In this document: positions 1 to 8,301 of the stretch, piece after piece | How the letters are laid out: each line of letters opens with the position of its first letter | Numbering within the stretch: position 1 is the stretch's first letter | Virus record (IMG/VR): IMGVR_UViG_3300042898_002828 | DNA from: an uncultured virus (IMG/VR IMGVR_UViG_3300042898_002828) | Taxonomy: Duplodnaviria; Heunggongvirae; Uroviricota; Caudoviricetes; Crassvirales | Direction: 5' to 3' (one strand) | Length of the DNA stretch: 20,000 nucleotides | Notes under the pieces: generated by a model | Told to the model about the DNA's origin: nothing | The model's input: only the letters and a program-made list of their open reading frames with translations | Database searches by the model: none | Position numbers and translations under genes: made by a program

Positions 1-1
1 A

Positions 2-451
2 GTAGATGCTACTAATATAGCTTGCAAAAAAGCAATTGGCGATATTTTAGTTTACCTTTCCGATGATTTTAATTGTCCTGATAATTGGGATGAATTAATA
101 GTTGATGCTTTTGGAGATAAGATTAATGAGCCTTGTTGCATTAAAGTTGATGACTGCTTGCAAAGGTTTGATGTAGCGGTTCTTACAATACCAATAATTA
201 CTAAACATTTATATAATAAATTAGGTTATTTTTGGCATCCAGAATATAAATCTATGTTTGTAGATGAAGACCTTTTTTGGACATGCAATAATAATGATTG
301 GTTATTAAAAGTCCCTTATTTAAGGTTTGAGCATCATCATCCTGCAAATGGTAAGGCATTAAACGATGAGACGTATATACGTAGTGCTGCAAATTGGAAC
401 CAGGGTAAAGAGGTGTACTCAAAACGTAAATCATTAAATTTCCCGCTGTGA
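2..451 (+). CDS. GT-A fold (GT2-like) glycosyltransferase, 5'-truncated by the window
   Basis: The frame is open from base 2 (VDATNIACKKAIGDILVYLSDDFNCPDNWD...) and continues into the tracked ORF 158..451. GDILVYLSDD is a DxD-type motif; later MFVDEDL and FEHHH are typical of phage GT2-like proteins. Confidence 0.75.
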   Translation, partial: VDATNIACKKAIGDILVYLSDDFNCPDNWDELIVDAFGDKINEPCCIKVDDCLQRFDVAVLTIPIITKHLYNKLGYFWHPEYKSMFVDEDLFWTCNNNDWLLKVPYLRFEHHHPANGKALNDETYIRSAANWNQGKEVYSKRKSLNFPL

Positions 452-1005
452 AATTATCAATTCTAATACCTTCTTTAGAGATTCGAGCATCTCAGTTAAA
501 TAAACTGATTAAAAATTTAGAGTCTCAAAAAACTAGTGATGTAGAAATAATTTCTTTAGTTGACAATAAGCAAATGTCGACAGGCGCAAAAAGGCAAAAG
601 TTATTAGAAATGTCAATAGGAAAATACATAGTTTTTATTGACGATGACGATACTGTGCCTGAATATTATGTTTCTGAAATGCTAAAAGGATGCGAAACTG
701 GTGCTGATTGCATGGCTATCAATGGGTATATAACAACCAATGGAGTTAACCGTATTGATTGGAGAATTTCAAAGGATTACGACAATATCACTATAATTGA
801 AAGAGGTAGGAGTGTTTATCTTAGAAAAACTAACCATATTACAGCGGTTAAAAGAGATTTAGCATTGCAAGCGGGGTTCCCTGATAAATCTTTGGCAGAA
901 GATAAGGCATACAGTGATTCTTTATCAAGATTTTTAAAAACAGAGCATAAGATTCTTTTAAATATGTATCATTACGATTTTCAAACTGCAAACAAACAAT
1001 ATTAA
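448..1005 (+). CDS. glycosyltransferase family 2
   Basis: N-terminal LSILIPSL, GAKRQ...GKYIVFIDDDD (DxD motif) and C-terminal GFPD..AED; GTG start overlaps the upstream stop. Confidence 0.85.
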   Translation: MKLSILIPSLEIRASQLNKLIKNLESQKTSDVEIISLVDNKQMSTGAKRQKLLEMSIGKYIVFIDDDDTVPEYYVSEMLKGCETGADCMAINGYITTNGVNRIDWRISKDYDNITIIERGRSVYLRKTNHITAVKRDLALQAGFPDKSLAEDKAYSDSLSRFLKTEHKILLNMYHYDFQTANKQY

Positions 1006-1719
1006 ATGAAAAAAACAGTAGTATCATTCGCTGACGGTTCAGGTAACTACGCCAAGGCATTAATGAGATTAGAACAATCTTTGCGCCAAGTAAATTTTGA
1101 AGGTCAATTTAAAGGAATAAACGATTACGGGCACATAGGTTCACCGCATCATAAAGGAAGCCCAGGTGCAGTACCTTATGCCTTTAAAGCACTTTCAATT
1201 AAAAAGGCTATAGAAGAAGGTGCTGATTTAATTCTATGGTGTGATAGTGTAGTTTACGCTACAAAATCAATAAATCCTATATTTGAGTATATAGAAAAAA
1301 GTGGGGTACTTTTATTTGATAATATAGGTTATTCCATTGGAGATTACACTTCTGATTATTGTCTTGATTATTACAATATGACGCGAGAACAAGCTTTTAA
1401 TAATAAAATGATAATGGCTTGCGTTATGGGGTTTAATATTCATAATCCAACTGCTAAAGAGTTTTTAGATCAATATATTTCTGCATCCGAATTAGGAGTA
1501 AGTTCTCCTTACAATGGAGATTGGAGTAATAATAATCTAGAAGTTTCAAATGATATGAGGGTAAAAGGCCACAGGCACGACCAAAGCGTTGCTTCTGTTC
1601 TTGCAGAGCAAATGAATATACCAATTATAAATGCTCAAAGCACCTTTTTCGCTTATGAATCTCACAAAGGAATAGTACCAGTATCTAACAATGTATGTTT
1701 ATGGTCAGGAGGAATTTAG
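1006..1719 (+). CDS. putative nucleotide-diphospho-sugar transferase (GT-A-like)
   Basis: YAFKA, LILWCDS (DxD-like) and a C-terminal GHRHDQSVAS motif seen in GT-A-like proteins; lies in a glyco cluster. Confidence 0.6.
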   Translation: MKKTVVSFADGSGNYAKALMRLEQSLRQVNFEGQFKGINDYGHIGSPHHKGSPGAVPYAFKALSIKKAIEEGADLILWCDSVVYATKSINPIFEYIEKSGVLLFDNIGYSIGDYTSDYCLDYYNMTREQAFNNKMIMACVMGFNIHNPTAKEFLDQYISASELGVSSPYNGDWSNNNLEVSNDMRVKGHRHDQSVASVLAEQMNIPIINAQSTFFAYESHKGIVPVSNNVCLWSGGI

Positions 1720-2348
1720 AATACGCAAAACAAATAGCTTTTTCAAGCGAAGAAACATTAATGTTTTCTTACGAGTGTGCTTTAAACATGAAAAACACAG
1801 ATGGAGATTATGTTGAATGCGGTGTTGCTGCTGGAGCTCAAATCATAGCAATGGCCACTGCTTCCCCAAATAAGATTATCCATGCTTTTGATTCTTTTGA
1901 CGGTATTCCCTTACCTTCTAATCGTGATGACCAAATGCCTGGAATTAGATACTTAACTAAAGAAGAACAAAAAGATTTACCTAATGCCGGTGAACAAGAA
2001 TTGGTATCAAGCGGAGCAACTGTAATTCCTTTGGATGGATTTATACATAATCTAATGAAATGCGATATTAATTTAAGTAATATTACAATTCATAAAGGCT
2101 GGTTTGAAGAAACGTTACCTAAGACATCTATCGGTAAAATATCTATATTAAGACTTGATGGTGATTTATATAATTCAACATTAGTTTGCTTGCAATACTT
2201 ATTTAATAATGTAATTGAGGGCGGTATTGTAATTATTGACGATTACGAATTAGAAGGTTGCAAAAATGCTTGCGATGATTACTTTAAATCAATAGGCTAC
2301 GAACCAAAATACAAAAAGATTTCTAACATATCATATTTTATAAAATAA
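1695..2348 (+). CDS. TylF/MycF (macrocin O-methyltransferase)-family SAM-dependent sugar O-methyltransferase
   Basis: GDYVECGV, FDSFDGIP, KGWFEETL, LRLDGDLYNST and GGIVIIDDY are the hallmark TylF motifs. The start may be 1695 or 1701. Confidence 0.9.
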   Translation: MFMVRRNLEYAKQIAFSSEETLMFSYECALNMKNTDGDYVECGVAAGAQIIAMATASPNKIIHAFDSFDGIPLPSNRDDQMPGIRYLTKEEQKDLPNAGEQELVSSGATVIPLDGFIHNLMKCDINLSNITIHKGWFEETLPKTSIGKISILRLDGDLYNSTLVCLQYLFNNVIEGGIVIIDDYELEGCKNACDDYFKSIGYEPKYKKISNISYFIK

Positions 2349-2956
2349 TGTACTCACAAAACGCAGAAGAAAACTATATAATTGACTATTTTGGTAATTT
2401 TAAAGGAAGCCTACTTGATATAGGCGCTAACGATGGAAAAACATTTTCAAACTCTTTAAAATTAATAGAATTAGGTTGGAAAGCTACCCTTATTGAGCCT
2501 TCACCAAAAGCATTTAATAAATTATCAGAGCTTCACTTTGGAAATAACAATGTAACATGTATTAATACTGCAATAGGAACTAAAAATGGCACCATGATTT
2601 TACACGAATCAAGCCATCATAATAAAGACCAAAAAGACATAGCACTTCTTAGCTCTTTAAAAGAATCTGAAACTGAAAGATGGAAAAAATCAGGAGTAAA
2701 ATTCAATCAATGCGAAGTTAATGTATCTACATACAAAAAAGTGTTTGAAACTAGTGTATTTGATTTTATAACAATTGATGCAGAAGGTTACGATTTAGAG
2801 ATATTACGTCAAATAGACCTAACAGACACTAAACTATTATGTATTGAGTGGAATACCAACGATCAGGCTAAAGGTCAAATATTAGAATACACAATTAAAT
2901 TTGGAATGAATAAAATAATTTATGTTTCAGGTGAAAATTTATTAATAGGAAGATGA
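2348..2956 (+). CDS. FkbM-family methyltransferase
   Basis: MYSQNAEE start, LDIGANDG, LIEPSP, and DFITIDAEGYDLEIL motifs. Confidence 0.88.
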   Translation: MYSQNAEENYIIDYFGNFKGSLLDIGANDGKTFSNSLKLIELGWKATLIEPSPKAFNKLSELHFGNNNVTCINTAIGTKNGTMILHESSHHNKDQKDIALLSSLKESETERWKKSGVKFNQCEVNVSTYKKVFETSVFDFITIDAEGYDLEILRQIDLTDTKLLCIEWNTNDQAKGQILEYTIKFGMNKIIYVSGENLLIGR

Positions 2957-3702
2957 CACGATTAGCTGCTATTTATAATTGTTTTGCTGATAGTTCAGAA
3001 TTACTACCATACAGTCTTAATTGCCTAATTGGTCATGTAGATGAAATAATAATAGTTTACCAGGATGTATCTAACTACGGAGAGCCAATCCCATTTGAGA
3101 AACTATCAGACAAATTCATAAAAAATATATTTTCAAATTTTACATACGTTAAATATTCCCCAAACTTTAGTTTCTCAGGCACCGTAAACGAAACATTAAA
3201 ACGTAATTTAGGAATACAATCAGCAAAAGAAAGTGGATGTACGCATTATTTCTGTTGCGATTCCGATGAACTATGGGAAAACTTTAGTCTAGCAAAACAA
3301 CAATACTTTGATTCGGGCCACAAAGCATCAGTAGCATCTATGTGGACATTCTTTAAAGACCCAACCTTACGTTTTCAAAACAAAGACAATTATTATGTTC
3401 CATTCATTTGTGAGCTAACACCAGAGTCAAACGTAGGAAATAACCGATGTAAATACATCTGCGACCCTACTAGAAAACCAAACGAGCAAGACGTTATTTT
3501 AATAGAAGAACCTATGTGGCATTATTCTTGGGTACGCAAAGACATCCTACTCAAAGTAAGAAACAGTTCCGCCCAAGTAAATATAGGGAACTCAAATAGA
3601 CTGCACGATTACAGAAACCCCGATTGTAAAGAAGGATATTATGTTAAAGACTTCCAACAAAAACTAATCAAAGTAGAAAACACATTTAACATTAACATAT
3701 AA
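2953..3702 (+). CDS. putative glycosyltransferase (GT2-like)
   Basis: VDEIIIV, ETLKRNLG, YFCCDSDE (DxD motif) and a C-terminal MWHYSWVR motif; ATGA overlap with the FkbM gene. Confidence 0.6.
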   Translation: MTRLAAIYNCFADSSELLPYSLNCLIGHVDEIIIVYQDVSNYGEPIPFEKLSDKFIKNIFSNFTYVKYSPNFSFSGTVNETLKRNLGIQSAKESGCTHYFCCDSDELWENFSLAKQQYFDSGHKASVASMWTFFKDPTLRFQNKDNYYVPFICELTPESNVGNNRCKYICDPTRKPNEQDVILIEEPMWHYSWVRKDILLKVRNSSAQVNIGNSNRLHDYRNPDCKEGYYVKDFQQKLIKVENTFNINI

Positions 3703-3727
3703 AAAAAAGCACCCGGATAAGGTGCTT
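3700..3727 (-). terminator. intrinsic terminator between convergent genes (possibly bidirectional)
   Basis: Stem AAGCACC (3707-3713) / GGTGCTT (3721-3727) with a 7-nt loop; the A-run from 3701 gives a U-tract on the minus strand. Confidence 0.75.
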
Positions 3728-3751
3728 AATTTGTGTGTTGGTTTAAACTTC

Positions 3752-4072
3752 TTAAGCTATAGCTATAGAAGTAATAAGTTGTTGAGTAGATCCAACTAAC
3801 GGCAATACAGGAACAATAATTGTGTCTGGATTAGATGCAGCGCTGTTAGCAAGAGCCAAAGCGTCAATTACTGCGTAGTGAGACTGATAAGTAGCATCAG
3901 CGGTAGTAAATGTAATTGTAATTACATCAGAAGCAGCGTGTCCCTCATAAAGGTGAAGCAATACAGTGCTTGTTGAAGGCATTGTAATAAAATAATCTGC
4001 ATTAGCAGAAATTAAAGTCTTTGGCAATGCATTTGCTGCGCCAACTGTAAATTGTAAATATTTTCTGTTCAT
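3752..4072 (-). CDS. hypothetical protein (Ala/Thr-rich, 106 aa; possibly virion-associated)
   Basis: Clean ORF with its own upstream TATTTTTG element and downstream terminator; no recognisable motif. Confidence 0.75.
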   Translation of the reverse strand: MNRKYLQFTVGAANALPKTLISANADYFITMPSTSTVLLHLYEGHAASDVITITFTTADATYQSHYAVIDALALANSAASNPDTIIVPVLPLVGSTQQLITSIAIA

Positions 4073-4080
4073 AGTGGATA

Positions 4081-4088
4081 CAAAAATA
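4081..4088 (-). promoter_or_regulatory. Bacteroidota sigma70 -7 element (TATTTTTG)
   Basis: Matches TAnnTTTG, 8 nt before the ATG at 4072. Confidence 0.6.
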
Positions 4089-4117
4089 GTAATTTTTTAA
4101 ATAAAAAATAAAGCCCA

Positions 4118-4783
4118 TTAACCTTTTGACTTATTAGGAGTCTGAATACTATCATAAAACCAATAATCTTCCCCCGCAACCTTTTCTAAACTAATCTTAT
4201 TCTCTTTATACATACCTAACATATCAGTATGAAATCTTCCACCTACTTTACCAACACCATGCTTAATACCTAAACAAATCATTTCCTTAGGTAAAAACGT
4301 TAACTTATTCTTAATATTAATCCATAAATGACTATCCGTATAAGGATAATCATCAGCAGGCCAACTAAAATCTAAATCCGCCTTAATTAACGTACTCATC
4401 ATACTACTTCTTTTCTCATGACGAAAAACAAAATCCTTCCTTAGCCCCAAATGATAGTAAATAGTATAATTAGGCCCAAACAAATCAGGCCTACCTAATC
4501 TATCCCACTCAGAAACCATAACCTCAATATACCTAGGACTATACCAGTCATCACTTTCTATAAACAAAATAACATCCAAGCCACAATTCCTAAGCTTATC
4601 ATAACCATACCTATACCTAGGCGTTATATCACAATCATCACTAACAGGAGCATAATCAACAACCTCTATAACCTCAGGTTTTAAAGTCTGCCTATCCATC
4701 ATCCTATAATACTGTTCCATAAACAAAGGCCTATCACCTCTATCAGGAGTAATAACCCCAACCCTAATCTGTGTTACACTCAC
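4118..4783 (-). CDS. putative glycosyltransferase (GT2-like)
   Basis: VGVITPDRGDRP N-terminus and VILFIESDDWYSPRYIE (DD motif); GTG start. Confidence 0.65.
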   Translation of the reverse strand: MSVTQIRVGVITPDRGDRPLFMEQYYRMMDRQTLKPEVIEVVDYAPVSDDCDITPRYRYGYDKLRNCGLDVILFIESDDWYSPRYIEVMVSEWDRLGRPDLFGPNYTIYYHLGLRKDFVFRHEKRSSMMSTLIKADLDFSWPADDYPYTDSHLWINIKNKLTFLPKEMICLGIKHGVGKVGGRFHTDMLGMYKENKISLEKVAGEDYWFYDSIQTPNKSKG

Positions 4784-4818
4784 CAGTACAAATTATACAG
4801 TTACACTCATTCATGCCA

Positions 4819-4826
4819 CAAATATA
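4819..4826 (-). promoter_or_regulatory. Bacteroidota sigma70 -7 element (TATATTTG)
   Basis: Canonical TAnnTTTG pointing into the 4783 gene. Confidence 0.6.
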
Positions 4827-4893
4827 AATCTCACACACTTATATTGCAATCAATTAGATAAAAAAGTAATGAGATAGATAGATGTGTGAGGTT

Positions 4894-4957
4894 GACCCCC
4901 CGTATTACAAACGTGGCCCGAAAATAAAAACCGATTTTTTTTGATCCGGGGGGGGTC
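4894..4957. repeat. GACCCCCCG...CGGGGGGGGTC inverted repeat at the composition switch; candidate terminus/packaging signal
   Basis: GACCCCCCG at 4894-4902 and CGGGGGGGGTC at 4947-4957 in AT-rich DNA. The repeat is seen directly; the function is inferred. Confidence 0.45.
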
Positions 4958-5207
4958 TCGTTTTTAACTTTTACTGTGAAATTTTCAGCTTTTGCATTCC
5001 CGGGGGTTGTGCAGGTGCCACGGTCCTGTTGCTGGATGGTGTTTGTTGCGTTACATTCTGCAAAATAATTGCATAGAAGCATTTTAATAAATTATATATG
5101 TTACTCCTTATCTATGTAGGGGCAAAGGTAGATAATTGAACACGGGGCAAATAAACTATATCCTTTACCTTGTCTGTTGTTGTGTTGGATTGTTTTAATT
5201 TAATCCT

Positions 5208-5235
5208 ACTTAACATAATGTAGATTATATAACTT
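5208..5235 (-). other. dif-like XerC/XerD recombination site
   Basis: Minus strand reads AAGTTATATAA-TCTACA-TTATGTTAAGT: 11-6-11 layout, XerD arm 10/11 identical to TTATGTTAAAT, and XerC arm ending in ATAA. Confidence 0.75.
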
Positions 5236-5498
5236 TAACTGTTTGTTGTCGTTTGTTGGATTTATTTTGTCTCCACCGTGTGGCGAAATTAGCTTATGCA
5301 TATGTTCTGGGGTTTTTTGGGGTGGTTTGCATGGTCCCGGGGAGGGGTTAACCTCCCTTTAATCCCCTTTTAAACTTTCTTTTTTGCTCTGATCCTGAAA
5401 ATATTAAATTTCTTTTTCTCTTTTTTTATTGGCTCCTATTGGGTTGTGGGTTTATTTTGCAAAAAATTATTTTTTTTATTTCCTTCTTTAGTCTTGTT

Positions 5499-5517
5499 AT
5501 GTAGAACTATTCTAAAT
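5499..5517. promoter_or_regulatory. palindromic box A (ATGTAGAA-CTA-TTCTAAAT)
   Basis: One mismatch to ATTTAGAA-N3-TTCTAAAT; one of six copies. Confidence 0.6.
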
Positions 5518-5544
5518 TGTTTTGTACATGTGGTTTTATTGGTA

Positions 5545-5743
5545 GTTTGGCACGGTATTAGCAAAGGTTTTTTTATGTCCTTTTTATTGGGTTTTTGATC
5601 TCTTTTTAGTCTTTGTTGGTTCCTTTGTTTTCAGGGGTTCCGGAGGTTATGTCTAGTATTGTTTATTTTAGTGTATTATTTATTAGATTTTTAGAGTTTG
5701 GCACGGTTTGCTTGTTCCCTTTGTTTGCGGGGTTTGGCACGGT
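5545..5743 (+). repeat. three perfect copies of GTTTGGCACGGT (5545-5556, 5696-5707, 5732-5743), sigma54 -24-like
   Basis: Exact 12-mer three times; the first copy continues as TGGCACGGTATTAGCA (GG-N10-GC). Confidence 0.65.
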
Positions 5744-5799
5744 TTTTAATTTTTGGTATTGGGTTTGTAATGTAAGTAGTACAATTAAACGAAAAACAA

Positions 5800-5943
5800 A
5801 TGGAACAGATTATTGAAGCCACCGTAAAAGAAGTTATTAGAATTTCGCATCTTATAGAATCTAATACAGCAACTAAAAAAGATTTATTAAAACTTGCTAT
5901 TCTTAGCGAATTTATTGAAAAAGTAAACAGGCATCTTATTTAA
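5800..5943 (+). CDS. hypothetical protein, 47 aa (MEQIIEATVKEVIRISHLIES...), first gene of the early-type cluster
   Basis: Read manually; A-rich leader ACAATTAAACGAAAAACAA before the ATG. Confidence 0.6.
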   Translation: MEQIIEATVKEVIRISHLIESNTATKKDLLKLAILSEFIEKVNRHLI

Positions 5944-5988
5944 TCAATAAACAGGCAATTTAAACACAATTAAACAAACAATTAAATT

Positions 5989-6213
5989 ATGAAAGTAAAT
6001 TATTTAGCACCTAAACAAGCTTGGACCATCCAAGGCAAACAAATTGTTTTTCAGTCTTATGATACTGTTGTATGTATTATTGAAAATTGGGAACATGGGA
6101 ACCATCCAGTTATTAAGATAACGCCAGGACAGCCCCAAAGTCAAACCACGGCAAAGTATTTAAACATGTTTTTAAAATTACATACACCTTTTAATAATTA
6201 TAAAAACATATGA
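5989..6213 (+). CDS. small phage hypothetical protein (FQSYDT...SQTTAKY family)
   Basis: The FQSY.T and S.TT.K pattern recalls a common small phage early protein; A-rich leader. Confidence 0.75.
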   Translation: MKVNYLAPKQAWTIQGKQIVFQSYDTVVCIIENWEHGNHPVIKITPGQPQSQTTAKYLNMFLKLHTPFNNYKNI

Positions 6214-6482
6214 AAAATTTATCTTTTAACGGCACCTTATATGGGGAACGTTTGACCCTTAATCAAGTATCCAAAGCAACGGCCCGCAAACTTTATGAAG
6301 CGGGCCAGGCAGTCTACATCCAAAGCTCAAATTTTCACCCCTTCGGTGTTTGGAGCCAAGCGCACGAAATAGTAAAGGATGACGAACTACAAACCACGTT
6401 TGAAGCTATATGTAATAACTTTAGATATTACAACTGTAACAACGAGCAAGGCAAATATATAACATTTTACAAAGCAAATTAA
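6210..6482 (+). CDS. hypothetical protein
   Basis: ATGA overlap, co-directional tight packing. Confidence 0.75.
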   Translation: MKNLSFNGTLYGERLTLNQVSKATARKLYEAGQAVYIQSSNFHPFGVWSQAHEIVKDDELQTTFEAICNNFRYYNCNNEQGKYITFYKAN

Positions 6483-6484
6483 AT

Positions 6485-6796
6485 ATGAAAAATCAAATAT
6501 CACAAGTCACCGGATACCCTTTTGTATCTCATGTAGATCAGAACCAAAGGCCTATTTTAAATAATCCTGCCGAATTTATTAAAAAGGTTTATTTATCTCC
6601 TTTTTATACCAATGCAGATAATATTTTCAAGTTTGGATACTATAAAAATATGGGTTATTTATTCGACCTCAAACCAATGTTAAAAAAGTATCTATTTAAA
6701 CAGCACGGACGATGGGAGGAAATTTACGCACCTAATAAAACAGCAGTAAGAAAAGTAATTTACGGTAAAATTAATAAAATAATTGAATTAAAATAA
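6485..6796 (+). CDS. hypothetical protein
   Basis: Tightly packed ORF. Confidence 0.7.
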   Translation: MKNQISQVTGYPFVSHVDQNQRPILNNPAEFIKKVYLSPFYTNADNIFKFGYYKNMGYLFDLKPMLKKYLFKQHGRWEEIYAPNKTAVRKVIYGKINKIIELK

Positions 6797-6800
6797 AATT

Positions 6801-6995
6801 ATGACAAAAAAAGATAGAATAACACAGCTAGAATTAAATGAAAATTGGAAAATTTTTGTAGAATCTCAGGCCCTTAAAATTATGGAGGAATTATTAAAAA
6901 ATTATGAATGTGGTTTTTATACTCCGCAAGAATTTGTGAACCTGAACCTGGAAACATTAAACAACGTAAAAAAACAATTTATAAAAATATCGTAA
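6801..6995 (+). CDS. hypothetical protein
   Basis: Tightly packed ORF. Confidence 0.65.
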   Translation: MTKKDRITQLELNENWKIFVESQALKIMEELLKNYECGFYTPQEFVNLNLETLNNVKKQFIKIS

Positions 6996-7171
6996 TGGAA
7001 ACAATATTAAAACAAATGAAACGAGGCCAGGAGGCCCGGGAACGTGAAACGACCAAACAAAGGTTAATAGGTGAATATGAGCAAAAATTAAATTATGCTT
7101 ATGACTTCACCCCTCACAAAGTAGAATATTATAAAGAACTATTAAACCAAGCTAAAAATTTATTCAAATGA
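6995..7171 (+). CDS. hypothetical protein (start corrected to METILKQ at 6995)
   Basis: TAATG overlap with the upstream stop. Confidence 0.65.
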   Translation: METILKQMKRGQEARERETTKQRLIGEYEQKLNYAYDFTPHKVEYYKELLNQAKNLFK

Positions 7172-7395
7172 GAAAAAAAGAAATAATACAGCATGTTTCA
7201 CAGTATAAAAGTGAAATAAATAGAATCCTTTTAAAACAAGGGAAGGAGTATCAAATAGGTTTTAATTACCATGACTCTATAGACCTTTATTATTTTGGAT
7301 CCAAAGATAAAAATATAATTAGGACCGTATACAATGCAAACAACGGCAAGGACCTATTAAAAGCAATTCAAATAATATATTACTCACAACAATGA
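7168..7395 (+). CDS. hypothetical protein
   Basis: ATGA overlap. Confidence 0.65.
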   Translation: MRKKEIIQHVSQYKSEINRILLKQGKEYQIGFNYHDSIDLYYFGSKDKNIIRTVYNANNGKDLLKAIQIIYYSQQ

Positions 7396-7544
7396 AATAC
7401 CAAATAATTTACAACAGCAACGACATCCAGGCAATTAAAAGCGCTGAGAGACAAAAAACAATGTACGAAAATAAAGGATACAATTTAATAAATACTAAAA
7501 TTTGTCCTAACGGCCTCGTTCAATTAACTTACTTAAAAAATTAA
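7392..7544 (+). CDS. hypothetical protein, 50 aa (MKYQIIYNSNDIQAIKSAERQK...)
   Basis: Read manually; ATGA overlap; fills the gap between tracked ORFs. Confidence 0.6.
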   Translation: MKYQIIYNSNDIQAIKSAERQKTMYENKGYNLINTKICPNGLVQLTYLKN

Positions 7545-7548
7545 AATT

Positions 7549-7797
7549 ATGACATACACTAAAACAGCTTTTAAAAACTCAAAATTAACAATTATTCAAA
7601 AAATATATTTTAGGGAAAACGCCCTTTATTTTTTAGAATGGCAACAATACCATCAACTTATTGAACTTAATAAAATAGTTTTGGCACCTTATTACAAAGG
7701 TATTTTAAGGGAGCAGGCGAAATATTGCCAGGATGTCCAAAATTTTAGAAATTTACACGATGGGAAATGGCCCTATGAATATGAAAACAATATTTAG
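7549..7797 (+). CDS. hypothetical protein
   Basis: Tightly packed ORF; its stop codon lies inside palindromic box B. Confidence 0.65.
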   Translation: MTYTKTAFKNSKLTIIQKIYFRENALYFLEWQQYHQLIELNKIVLAPYYKGILREQAKYCQDVQNFRNLHDGKWPYEYENNI

Positions 7798-7853
7798 AAC
7801 GATTATAAATAACAAAAGTCTTTTTTAATAGACAGTAGTTTAATATAAATTTG
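7792..7853 (+). promoter_or_regulatory. box B (ATTTAGAA-CGA-TTATAAAT, 7792-7810) plus -7 element TAAATTTG (7846-7853)
   Basis: Direct reading; 39 nt between the box and the TTTG. Confidence 0.7.
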
Positions 7854-7877
7854 TATAACAATTAAACACATAAAAAC

Positions 7878-8048
7878 ATGAACAAAAAATTTGAAATTAT
7901 CGTAGAATCTTATTTTAACGGGAATATTTCTTGGGTAAAATCTGAAGTAAAAAAATTATCTAAACAGGCCCGAAAGGAATTATTTATTTATTTCACGGAT
8001 CTATACACAGATAAAAATCAAAATACTTTTTTCTTTAATCTAATTTAA
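7878..8048 (+). CDS. hypothetical protein, 56 aa (MNKKFEIIVESYFNGNISW...)
   Basis: Read manually; directly follows the box B promoter. Confidence 0.65.
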   Translation: MNKKFEIIVESYFNGNISWVKSEVKKLSKQARKELFIYFTDLYTDKNQNTFFFNLI

Positions 8049-8050
8049 TT

Positions 8051-8275
8051 ATGATACCTAATAAAAACCAAATTTTGACAACAAGGCAAAAAAGCACAAA
8101 TATAGCCTTTAGAGATATAGCCGGAGGCTCGTTTCATGTTTATAGTTCACATCCTGAATTACCACACATGCAACGAATATATAAGGCCCTAAAAGATTTA
8201 AAACATACGGGATGTATAAACATATACCTTCTGAAGAGAAACAAGCTAAGATTAATTAAAACAAAGGGATATTAA
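8051..8275 (+). CDS. hypothetical protein
   Basis: Tightly packed ORF. Confidence 0.6.
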   Translation: MIPNKNQILTTRQKSTNIAFRDIAGGSFHVYSSHPELPHMQRIYKALKDLKHTGCINIYLLKRNKLRLIKTKGY

Positions 8276-8301
8276 AAATAACAATTTAATCAAATAGAAT
8301 T

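Noticed and set aside
4831..5082. Minus-strand 83-aa ORF
   Set aside because: Crosses the homopolymer inverted repeat in the skewed non-coding region; the sequence is not protein-like.
5080..5107. Possible second dif-like site (ATAA...TATGTTAC)
   Set aside because: Spacing and the XerD arm do not fit the 11-6-11 pattern.
5339..5357. GGGGAGGG (KOPS-like) and the GGGAGG/CCTCCC hairpin
   Set aside because: Single copy pointing away from the dif-like site; the short hairpin has no gene directly upstream, so no function can be supported.
5613..5816. Plus-strand 67-aa hydrophobic ORF
   Set aside because: Product of G/T-rich DNA and the GTTTGGCACGGT repeats (FGTV twice); TTG start; overlaps the better ORF at 5800.
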